Assembly (NCBI GenBank): GCA_040222015.1
Contig: JAVJWO010000049.1
Span: 9,382 to 73,381 of the forward strand
Origin: Coleofasciculus chthonoplastes F2-STO-03
Lineage (GTDB): Bacteria > Cyanobacteriota > Cyanobacteriia > Cyanobacteriales > Coleofasciculaceae
DNA: 64,000 nt
Direction: 5' to 3'
Shown here in pieces: positions 10,936 to 19,625 of this stretch. A model generated the notes under the pieces. It did no database searches, was not told the origin of the DNA, and saw nothing but the letters and a program-made list of their open reading frames with translations. Every line of letters begins with the position of its first letter. The stretch's first letter is position 1. A program made the position numbers and the translations under genes.

Positions 10936-10959
10936 AGGGCGCAAGCCTTGCGCCCCTAC
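10936..10959. repeat. REP (AGGGCGCAAGCCTTGCGCCCCTAC)
   Basis: Hairpin ending in CTAC; related to 40186-40209. Confidence 0.75.
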
Positions 10960-11065
10960 TGTCGAACCTGGAAAGATCGCATCCACTGAAAGTAAGCGCG
11001 ATCGCACTTCGGGAAAGTATAGATGCGATCGCGTTACAATAGCAGCAGGTTAATCCAAAGCTGAT

Positions 11066-11329
11066 TTGAGTATGCCAATTACATTGCCACCAGAACTGGA
11101 ACAGTTTATCAACAATCAGGTTGCTAGCGGCAAGTATGCCTCTACTGATGAAGTCTTCTTGGCTGGTATTAAGCTGCTACAGGAACGAGAAAATCTTTAT
11201 AAAGGACGATTTGAGGAATTACGCCGCGAGATTATGGTGGGGGTTAAAGAGGCTGAACGAGGCGAATTGTTAGACGCAGAAACCGTTATAATTGGGCTGC
11301 AAGAGAAATTGCAACAGCGTCGCGCTTAG
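11066..11329 (+). CDS. parD: ParD-like (RHH) antitoxin
   Basis: ITLPPELEQFINNQVASGKYAS.DEV; lies upstream of a ParE-type toxin. Confidence 0.85.
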   Translation: MSMPITLPPELEQFINNQVASGKYASTDEVFLAGIKLLQERENLYKGRFEELRREIMVGVKEAERGELLDAETVIIGLQEKLQQRRA

Positions 11330-11337
11330 GCTAATTG

Positions 11338-11649
11338 ATGAGCAATGTTTGCCGAATTACACCGACAGCAAGCCGAGATATAGAGAGTATTATGGACTAT
11401 CTCGCCCAGAGAGGAAGTATTGAAACGGCAGAGCGTTTTCTTGAGAAGATTGACACGAAGTTCAAAATGCTATCTCAGTTCCCCCGAATGGGACGTCAAC
11501 GAGATGAACTCTATCCTGGCTTGCGGAGTGTACCGTTAGAGGATTATCTAATTTTTTATCGTCTGGTTCCAAATGGAATCGACGTGATGCGGGTAGTGGG
11601 CGGTTATCGCGATCTGGAGGCGCTGTTTGTGGAAGATGATCAAGACTAA
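11338..11649 (+). CDS. parE: ParE/RelE family toxin
   Basis: TPTASRDIESIMDY, FPRMGRQRDEL.PGLRS, YLIFYR and MRVVGGYRD motifs. Confidence 0.88.
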   Translation: MSNVCRITPTASRDIESIMDYLAQRGSIETAERFLEKIDTKFKMLSQFPRMGRQRDELYPGLRSVPLEDYLIFYRLVPNGIDVMRVVGGYRDLEALFVEDDQD

Positions 11650-11805
11650 GCGATCGCATACATCAACACAGAAACGCGATCGCACTTCAGTCTTTATCAA
11701 TTAAGCGAACATCAAGCAACCTTTGGGTTCAGGAATCGGACGCCCTAACTCGTTGGCGGTTTCAATAAATTATTTCTTATTTTTAGATTATTTAATCATT
11801 GTAAA

Positions 11806-12107
11806 TTACATCCACAAATTTGCTGGATTGTCTTTGTCATCTTCCCATTTAGCCGGATTGTTGATAATATAGTCTCGAATTCGGTCTAATGATCCATCAG
11901 CGCGAATGATGTGGTCATAAAATCGCGTTTGCCAACCAAAAGATGAATAATTATTCCTTTTACACCACTGACTAACTGCTGCTTTGTATGATCGAATTAT
12001 GGCACCCAGAGAACCTGCTTTCGGAGACATTTGTGATCTTGCGCGATAGAACTCGGTGTCGCTACGGAATGTAGAGACGCGCCATGGCGCGTCTCTACAA
12101 TGGTCAT
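11806..12107 (-). pseudogene. Collapsed RAYT relic: REP-encoded N-terminus joined to the C-terminal half, HUH region deleted
   Basis: Starts MTIVETRHGASLH like the 19617 copy, then runs out of frame into SLGAIIRSYK..WQTRFYDHIIR..NPANLWM. No PNHIH motif. Confidence 0.85.
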
Positions 12108-12139
12108 GTCACTTTCACCCTAATGCTTTTAGTGATGTG

Positions 12140-12170
12140 CGTTTTACATTTAATTCGTCCCACCTACTTA
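12140..12170. mobile_element. Solo end of the TAAGTAGGTGGG-type MITE
   Basis: tttaattcgtcccacctactta is the reverse complement of the end seen at 46052. Confidence 0.55.
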
Positions 12171-12180
12171 GCTGATCTGA

Positions 12181-15100
12181 TTAGACAAAGATACTGGAGA
12201 GATTGTTTTGGATGACACTAGCTTGCGTCCAATTTACCACAGCTAGGCGATCGCTACCGGCAAAAATTTCTGCTCCATTTGTGCTATCAAAGATAGACAG
12301 ATCATCTGTGGTTAAACCTGATCCGAGTTGGAAGATGGTTTGATCCAGTTGGAAGTTGTGGATGCTATCGAAGCCATCGCCTAATTCTAGGATAACCGTA
12401 TCTTGACCGCCACCGAGCCAAATAGTATTGTTGCCTAGACCACCATAGATGATATTGTCGCCATTACCCACGTAGATGGTATCGTTTCCAGCACCAGCAT
12501 CGATGAAATTATTACCGTCACCCGTGTCAATCCGATCAATTCCAACACCTCCATAGATGGTGTTATCACCCTGATTGGCGTAGATGGTATCATTTCCACC
12601 TAAACCATCAATGATATCGTTGTCAGGAGTACCAAAAAGAATATCCGATTTTTCTGTCCCGACAATTTCGAGAATCTCGTTTCCATCGGTGACACCAATT
12701 GTAAATTCCTTCCAGAAAATGCCACCATTACCATCAGAGGTTTGGACGCGAATGTTATAGGAATTCTGGGTTTCGTAATCGAAGGAGGCTTTGGTTTTTA
12801 GGGTATTGCCGACAATTTCAAATACGTTATTGTCCGTATCTCCTGTGCCATAAACTAAACTATAGGAATGGGTTTCTCCTAACTCAGAATCTACAGAAGA
12901 AAGAGTACCAACGGCTACACCAATCGGTAAATTTTCGGCGACTGCAGTATTCGTCAGAGCAATATCAGTAGGATCGGCGCTGAAGACAAGTGCTGTATCA
13001 ATCTGGTTTTGTAAAGCTGTACCCGTGTTCTCTTCTATGGCTTGGGTAATGGTTTTATTTCCGTTGAGAACATCTTGGATATCTTGTTTGGTTTCAGCCA
13101 ATGCTACCTTTTCTACTTTGGCAAATTGCACTTCCAGAGATTCTATGGGCAACGTATTCGCAAAATCATGAATACTTTGGTTGGCGGCGGCGATGATTTG
13201 AGCGAATCCTTGGATAAGGCTGGTGTTTCCAGATGGAATTCCGGCGCCATTGGTGATAATCGGTTCCAACTGGGTAGGATTCGTTAAATCTAAGGGTATA
13301 CCACTTTGGATTTTATTGGCGATCGCCCCTACCAGATTATCCAGGATTTGACTTGGGGAGGCGTTGGCGAAGTGTGAAACAATGGTAGTCGCTTGGCTGA
13401 TTAAGATGGCGATTTGGCTATGGGCGGTATAGGCGGTAACGGCATCAGTTTGATTATTATTGATCGCCTCTACGGGATTGAAGGTATTGATGTCAATGGT
13501 ATTCGGAATTGAGAAGGCGTTAGTGAATAAATCATTGGCTTGCTGTTGCGTCAATCCGCGTCGGATTAATTCAGCGATGACAGTAGTTAATGGGGTTACT
13601 ACAGAGGCATCAGGGCTGGCGATGAAGGCGGTGTCTTGTGTTAATCCTGTGGCGGTGTTAATTCCACCCAGGGAGACGATTTGACCTTCAGAGATGTCGA
13701 GAATTCCGTCACTATTGGTGTCATAGATAAGTAAGTCATCGGTAAAGGTAAAGGAGCCTTGGGCATCGGTGATAGCGAAGGATTCGTTGTTGTCTAATTC
13801 TCCGTTACGATTGGCGTCGAAGAAGACTGTTGCACCAATAATGTCGTTGTTGGTTACTTTTCCAAGCAGATCAATCGTAAAGTCAAAAGTATCTTGGACA
13901 TCAAAATCTATACCCGCCGGATTATTAGTAGTATCTGAGTCAGATACTTCGACACTAACGGTATAGCCTCCGTTGAACAAGAACCCTAAAAATGGTTTAA
14001 ACTGAAACTCAAGATTAGTTAAATCTATTGAATCAAAAGGATTGAATAGATTGTTGACTCCTGATGTCGAATCATATACTGTCAATGCTCCTTTGTTCAC
14101 AATCACATTGTAGGTTAAGTCACCACTCCCCAGGTAAGGCAAGGCTGTAAACGTTTCACCTGCAGCACCTGTAACACCAGTGTTTTCTGGTAAATTACCT
14201 GGCATACCATCTAACAAATCTAGAAATGTATGAAATTGTTCTTGAAGATCAGGTTGTGTTTTGACTTGAGCATCATCCGTCAGCGACTGAGAGCCAGGTA
14301 AGAATTTAGCACCACCTTCAGAACTGGAATATTCTTCTAAAATGGCTTTATTGGTAATGATCGTCTCGTCGGCAAGATTATCATCTACTTCTAAGTCGTA
14401 AGTTATGACTACAACGTTATCGCCACTGGTAGAATTATAAGCGGCGATCGCACCTGTAGCAGAATCATTTAAGCGAATCCCATTACCAAAGAGATCATCA
14501 GGAGTACCGCTTATTCCGTCAGGACCACCGCCTAAAAACTCAATGTCACTGGAATTAATCAAAGCACCATTCCCATAAGCCACTTGAAGATTTAGCCCGC
14601 CGATGGGTATCTTTAATCCTGTGGGCAGATTATCTTTAATCAGTACATCAAATGCACCATTAGGACTTGTGCCAGTGTTTTCCAGAATGATGGCATAGGT
14701 GACTAAATCCGCTATTAAATTATTATCTCCATTATGAGCTGGATTACTATTCAAAGCATCACTCAAATCAGCCGTTATATCACTATCGAAATAATTAGTG
14801 GTGCTAAGAGTCTCGGAGTCAATTGTTCCAGTGAATCTTACCCCTGGGGTTCCAGGAGCAGTAAATTCAAGGGTGGGAGGATTGGGAGAATTTCCAATAA
14901 CAGGGAAAAATTCGCTAAACACAGCATTAGCTTCGCTGGTTGCGACTACACCCTGAGTAATCTTGAGTTCTGGTTGCGCTAATTCAAGTAAGGCATATTT
15001 AGCAAAGGCGCGAGAACCACCATTGGTACTACCCTCTTGTTCATAAACCAGATTAGTTAGTAACAGGTTATTTTCGGTTACCTGATCTCCTACTTCTAAG

Positions 15101-18100
15101 GTATAGAGAAGGTCAATAGTTTGGGGTGCAACGGTGCCAGGATCGTCAAAGTTTCCGTAGTTGAACAGCAAAGAATTGTTTTGACGCCCAACAGAAAGAT
15201 TTGGACCTGTCGAGGGTATGATTGGATTGACGCTACCATAAAAGGTATTAAGCGTATCCATCGGACCATAAACGATTTGCTCTAAAACAGGTGGTCCACT
15301 GTGTACCGTTGTTATATCTAATCGACTGAGACTTTCATTGAAAACAGGTAAAGGAAGGAAAGATGTAAATTTTAGCTGTTCTATGTCGGCAAAAGGCAGA
15401 GTATATTTGATCCGATAAGTAACTTCATCCCCAGCTACAACAGTATTACCAGTTTTCAGATTCCCATCACTGTCCTTAATCTGAAAAACGCTTACTTCAT
15501 AGCCATCATCTTGTCCCGAATTGCTATTAAATTTACCACGAGGTAAGTAGAAGTATGTGCTACTAGAATCTGACTCATTGAAAGGTAAATTATTTCCAGT
15601 GTCGATATGAGGAGCGAAGTTTTGACCAGGATTAACATTTAAAACATCCCCTGTAATTGTGGCATTATTCCTGAAAAAGTCACCATTGTCAACCGATGTA
15701 TCAGGAAAACTTCCCGTAAAATCTTCCTGTATTACTGTGCGGAATTTTATTTGCCCTGTAGTTGCACCAAAAGTAGCACCATAACCACCTGAGTCAAAAA
15801 TATTCCCACCTAATAATTTATCATTAGGATTAGACTGTGGAGCTAATGACAATAACGCTTGAGAAATATCTAAGTTAACTGTGCCACTACTACCCCCACT
15901 TGGATCGACAAAAGTGAAGTCTCCAGAGTTGGTAAATGAACCGGTAGTAACGACATTATGCTCGTTAATTGTAAAAGTCGGGGTGAAACTGGTATCGAAT
16001 TTCTGACCATCGGAAAATATATCATTGATATTGACATTCCCGAAGGCGAAATAATCAGACACCTGGAAATTCATGGTGTATTCAATCACATCTCCCGGAC
16101 TTAATCCTAGTGCTTTGGTATCACCATTTGGTAATACTCGATTCCAGGTTTTTTGAATAGCGAGTGACCGATCATATAGAGTATGAGTTGCATTGGGTTC
16201 AATGAAGGTGATGGCAGTATTATCTGGAGGATTGTAGGGTCCGGCGAAAGGTTGACCATCTCGTGGATCTAGCGGATTCCATACAAGACTTGGATCTAAT
16301 TTAGCGATATCTGTTGAAGTAACTGCATTCCCAGTTTGAGGGTTGATAACGTCAGTAGTACTGTTGTCTAAGAGTGGGATATAGAAATCAAAATTGAGGC
16401 TGGCATTACCTGTTACAGGATTAGGAAAGGCAGCAATTAGAGTACCACCTGAACCAGGGGGAGTTTTAGTTATAGTAGGTGTACCGCCACTCGTACTAAC
16501 AACACTCTTAAACTGGAGATTATCGGGCAAAATATCCTGAATTGCCAGGTTATCGATTGTCTGTCCCGGCGCAATACCCACTGAGATATTGTACTGTTTA
16601 CTGAAGTTTTCTCCAGTGACAGTTTCGTTTTCCGGACCTGTGTAGTGTTTCCGAATTCGGTACAGCAGCGGTTTTAAATAATTTTCGGTAACGTCGTCAT
16701 TTGATTCCATTATTGGATCAATTGGCTGACTGTTCGATACGGCATTTGCACCCAACCGGAAACCACCGCTAGTAGAGAGCTTGAGCGGCTGATTATAGTC
16801 AGCTAAATTACTGATCTGAACGTCAATTTCAAGTTTAGCATCGGGTTGATCTGGGGTAAAACTACCTTGAGGTAAGGGTATTACATATAATGTATCTCCT
16901 TGATTAAATCCTGATGGAACTTCGATTGTGCCAGCATAAGGATGATCTACTACAAGATTTCCAGAGTTATCAAGGTAGATGGTTGCTAATATTGGTTGTA
17001 TCCCCAAAACACTCAGAGGAACCGAATGCAACCCATCGCTAATCGTATTACCAGTATCAGGGTCAACAACCGATGAAATATCTTGGTCAAGAATGTATCG
17101 TATGCCGTTAGGAATCAGGGTAAGACCATCATAAGTATCTGTCATTACCCCATTGTCATCAGCCATCCCATCAGTACCAGTGGTATCGAGGTACAAATTG
17201 ACAAAAGGAGCATAACCGACATTTCCGGGAGAAGAGGCGACGTTGTCGAAGCTAACTATAAATGTGCGCCTTTCTCCAATTAAGGGGTAAGCACCTGTGA
17301 TATCAACAACGGTTGTGTCTGGAATGGGTTTATCGGTTTCTTGACCAAGGACAACATAAGTAGTACCCACACCACCGTTAGTACCGGGTGCACCAATTAA
17401 GAAGTCATCAATTCCATCACCATTTACATCTCCGGCATCACTTACTGAAAACCCAGTTAAATCATTAGCTGCAAGACCATCAATTTCAACGAACCAACCC
17501 TGATCTGGTGCTAAACTATTAAGATCAAGTTTTGGATTTGAGCCAAAGCCTCCTTGACGACCATAAACTACATATACTTGACCAGAATCGTTGAGACTAT
17601 TGGTATCTGCATAAGGTGCGGCAATCAGGAAATCATCAATTCCATCACCATTGACATCTCCGGCGGCGCTAATTGCGTAACCTAAGAAGTCATTGTTATT
17701 CAGACCATCAATATAAAAGCCATCTGTACCAGTACCATTAATTATGCTGCTAGTAGTCAGAGTTGATGGGAAGCCTGAGTTGTTGCCATAGACGACATAA
17801 GCGCGACCTTGAAGATTGAGAGCTGGTGAAGGTGCAGTAACAATGACTGGTGAAGGTGCAGTAACAATGAAGTCGTCATTGCTATCTCCGTTAATATCGC
17901 CGGCGCTACTGACTTTCCAGCCTAATATTTCTTGTGAAGCGGCTTGAAATATAAAACCATTGGCACCAGTTAAACTTGTAGTAGACGTAGCTATACTCCC
18001 GCGTGTGCCATTGCCAAAGACTACATAAGTTTCCCCATTGAAATTATTAGTATCAGGCGCACCGATAATTACATCATCTTTATTGTTTCCATTGATATCT

Positions 18101-18798
18101 CCACTTCCCACTGATGATCCTAAACCTTTTGGGTTAGGATTAGGACTAGGATCGCTAAAGGTCAGAAAATCGGTAGGAGGAGCAGTACTAATATCGAATG
18201 TACCTGAGTGACCACCATTAAGAGTTGTACCGAAGATGACATGAACATTTCCATTATTAGAATCAGCAGCCGGATCTCCAATAATCACATCATCTGTGCC
18301 ATCACCATCGATATCTCCGCTACTAACTGACCATCCTAATACGTCTGAAATATTTGCATTACTATCGCTATTAACAATAGTAAAGCCTTGCCCTAGTAAG
18401 CTAGTTACATCGGTAGCTATAGACCGACTTATATCACCATAAAGGACATAAGTTCGACCTTGATTATTTGTGTTGTTAGCAAAAGGATCACCAATAATGA
18501 TGTCATCTGTGCCATCACCATTAATATTGCCAATACTTACTGATACTAGCGAGGATAATTGGGAATTTAGGGAAATAGTCTGAGTGGAAGAAGTGGTTAA
18601 ATCATTGCTGCCAAAAACGACATGAAGTTCACCCAAACCCGAACCAGCTCCCGGCGCACTAATCAGGAAATCATTAAACCCATCTCCATCAAAGTCACCG
18701 TTACCTTTGACTACAGAACCGAACCCAAATAGATTGCCGAGAATTTCATCAATGACGAAACCGTTGGGTATAGTGGATGGTGCGATATTGATAGGCAT
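12181..18798 (-). CDS. Giant secreted adhesin-like protein: FG-GAP beta-propeller, Ig/DUF11-like repeats, cadherin domain, C-terminal RTX Ca-binding repeats
   Basis: About 7 GDxNGDGxDDxxIGAP repeats; GDVIEYT, GDEVTYR and DLVTYAIILENTG modules; FDYETQNSYNIRVQTSD; GGxGxD repeats; no N-terminal signal peptide. Confidence 0.9.
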   Translation of the reverse strand: MPINIAPSTIPNGFVIDEILGNLFGFGSVVKGNGDFDGDGFNDFLISAPGAGSGLGELHVVFGSNDLTTSSTQTISLNSQLSSLVSVSIGNINGDGTDDIIIGDPFANNTNNQGRTYVLYGDISRSIATDVTSLLGQGFTIVNSDSNANISDVLGWSVSSGDIDGDGTDDVIIGDPAADSNNGNVHVIFGTTLNGGHSGTFDISTAPPTDFLTFSDPSPNPNPKGLGSSVGSGDINGNNKDDVIIGAPDTNNFNGETYVVFGNGTRGSIATSTTSLTGANGFIFQAASQEILGWKVSSAGDINGDSNDDFIVTAPSPVIVTAPSPALNLQGRAYVVYGNNSGFPSTLTTSSIINGTGTDGFYIDGLNNNDFLGYAISAAGDVNGDGIDDFLIAAPYADTNSLNDSGQVYVVYGRQGGFGSNPKLDLNSLAPDQGWFVEIDGLAANDLTGFSVSDAGDVNGDGIDDFLIGAPGTNGGVGTTYVVLGQETDKPIPDTTVVDITGAYPLIGERRTFIVSFDNVASSPGNVGYAPFVNLYLDTTGTDGMADDNGVMTDTYDGLTLIPNGIRYILDQDISSVVDPDTGNTISDGLHSVPLSVLGIQPILATIYLDNSGNLVVDHPYAGTIEVPSGFNQGDTLYVIPLPQGSFTPDQPDAKLEIDVQISNLADYNQPLKLSTSGGFRLGANAVSNSQPIDPIMESNDDVTENYLKPLLYRIRKHYTGPENETVTGENFSKQYNISVGIAPGQTIDNLAIQDILPDNLQFKSVVSTSGGTPTITKTPPGSGGTLIAAFPNPVTGNASLNFDFYIPLLDNSTTDVINPQTGNAVTSTDIAKLDPSLVWNPLDPRDGQPFAGPYNPPDNTAITFIEPNATHTLYDRSLAIQKTWNRVLPNGDTKALGLSPGDVIEYTMNFQVSDYFAFGNVNINDIFSDGQKFDTSFTPTFTINEHNVVTTGSFTNSGDFTFVDPSGGSSGTVNLDISQALLSLAPQSNPNDKLLGGNIFDSGGYGATFGATTGQIKFRTVIQEDFTGSFPDTSVDNGDFFRNNATITGDVLNVNPGQNFAPHIDTGNNLPFNESDSSSTYFYLPRGKFNSNSGQDDGYEVSVFQIKDSDGNLKTGNTVVAGDEVTYRIKYTLPFADIEQLKFTSFLPLPVFNESLSRLDITTVHSGPPVLEQIVYGPMDTLNTFYGSVNPIIPSTGPNLSVGRQNNSLLFNYGNFDDPGTVAPQTIDLLYTLEVGDQVTENNLLLTNLVYEQEGSTNGGSRAFAKYALLELAQPELKITQGVVATSEANAVFSEFFPVIGNSPNPPTLEFTAPGTPGVRFTGTIDSETLSTTNYFDSDITADLSDALNSNPAHNGDNNLIADLVTYAIILENTGTSPNGAFDVLIKDNLPTGLKIPIGGLNLQVAYGNGALINSSDIEFLGGGPDGISGTPDDLFGNGIRLNDSATGAIAAYNSTSGDNVVVITYDLEVDDNLADETIITNKAILEEYSSSEGGAKFLPGSQSLTDDAQVKTQPDLQEQFHTFLDLLDGMPGNLPENTGVTGAAGETFTALPYLGSGDLTYNVIVNKGALTVYDSTSGVNNLFNPFDSIDLTNLEFQFKPFLGFLFNGGYTVSVEVSDSDTTNNPAGIDFDVQDTFDFTIDLLGKVTNNDIIGATVFFDANRNGELDNNESFAITDAQGSFTFTDDLLIYDTNSDGILDISEGQIVSLGGINTATGLTQDTAFIASPDASVVTPLTTVIAELIRRGLTQQQANDLFTNAFSIPNTIDINTFNPVEAINNNQTDAVTAYTAHSQIAILISQATTIVSHFANASPSQILDNLVGAIANKIQSGIPLDLTNPTQLEPIITNGAGIPSGNTSLIQGFAQIIAAANQSIHDFANTLPIESLEVQFAKVEKVALAETKQDIQDVLNGNKTITQAIEENTGTALQNQIDTALVFSADPTDIALTNTAVAENLPIGVAVGTLSSVDSELGETHSYSLVYGTGDTDNNVFEIVGNTLKTKASFDYETQNSYNIRVQTSDGNGGIFWKEFTIGVTDGNEILEIVGTEKSDILFGTPDNDIIDGLGGNDTIYANQGDNTIYGGVGIDRIDTGDGNNFIDAGAGNDTIYVGNGDNIIYGGLGNNTIWLGGGQDTVILELGDGFDSIHNFQLDQTIFQLGSGLTTDDLSIFDSTNGAEIFAGSDRLAVVNWTQASVIQNNLSSIFV

Positions 18799-18969
18799 AG
18801 CGTTTATTTATCCAAAATTTAGATGATTTTGTCTGCCACTATCCCCCTTGGGATTGGGATATCGTCTAAATCTATTATCTGGACTATTCTCAGAAGTTTA
18901 CGCATTTACTACAAAAGTTTACAATGCCCTAGTATTTTGACGGGGTTGTGGGTTTTCCCTGATAATTTT

Positions 18970-19617
18970 TTACATCCACAAATTGGCGGGATTATCCTTG
19001 TCGTCTTCCCACTTAGCCAGATTATTGATAATATAGTCTCGAATTCGGTCTAATGATTCATCAGCGCGAATGATGTGGTCATAAAATCGCGGTTGCCAAG
19101 CAAAAGATTCGTGACCGTTTTGCCTACACCAGCGAGTGACAGATGATTTGTAACCGTTTACGATAGACTGCAATGAATTTGGCTTTAGTGGTCCAAATTT
19201 GTTGGCAGAATCTTTTGACTGGGTTGCGGATTGGTGTAGAGACGTGCCATGGCGCGTCTCTGTATTATGTGGGCGGTCAATTACAATAATTCCATGGATA
19301 TGATTGGGCATGATCACATAGGCATCAATACACACATATTTGAAATGAGTGGGAATTTCTGCCCAGAATTGTTGGGCGATTTGCCCAATCTTGGATAGGC
19401 GCATTTCTCTTGATATGACATCACCCAAGAAAAATGTGCGATCGCGGGTACAAATAGTGACGAAATACCAGCCATTTGCGCCATAGTCTCTGTGGGGTAA
19501 TCGGGTGGATTCAACCCGATATTTTCCTTTGTACAAGGTCATGGGTTTGTACAGGGTTATCGGTTTTCCCCGATCATTATGTAGAGACGCGCCATGGCGC
19601 GTCTCTACAATCGTCAT
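18970..19617 (-). CDS. REP-associated tyrosine transposase (RAYT, Y1 HUH family); true start may be MTLYKGKYR
   Basis: YFVTICT, MPNHIHGII (HUH) and WQPRFYDHIIR (catalytic Tyr); REPs at 19580-19609 and internally at 19235-19262. Confidence 0.92.
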   Translation of the reverse strand: MTIVETRHGASLHNDRGKPITLYKPMTLYKGKYRVESTRLPHRDYGANGWYFVTICTRDRTFFLGDVISREMRLSKIGQIAQQFWAEIPTHFKYVCIDAYVIMPNHIHGIIVIDRPHNTETRHGTSLHQSATQSKDSANKFGPLKPNSLQSIVNGYKSSVTRWCRQNGHESFAWQPRFYDHIIRADESLDRIRDYIINNLAKWEDDKDNPANLWM

Positions 19618-19625
19618 ATCACCGA

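Noticed and set aside
11806..19617. Classical composite IS200 transposon
   Set aside because: The flanking genes are RAYT-type with REPs rather than IS200 ends, and one copy is a diverged deletion relic.
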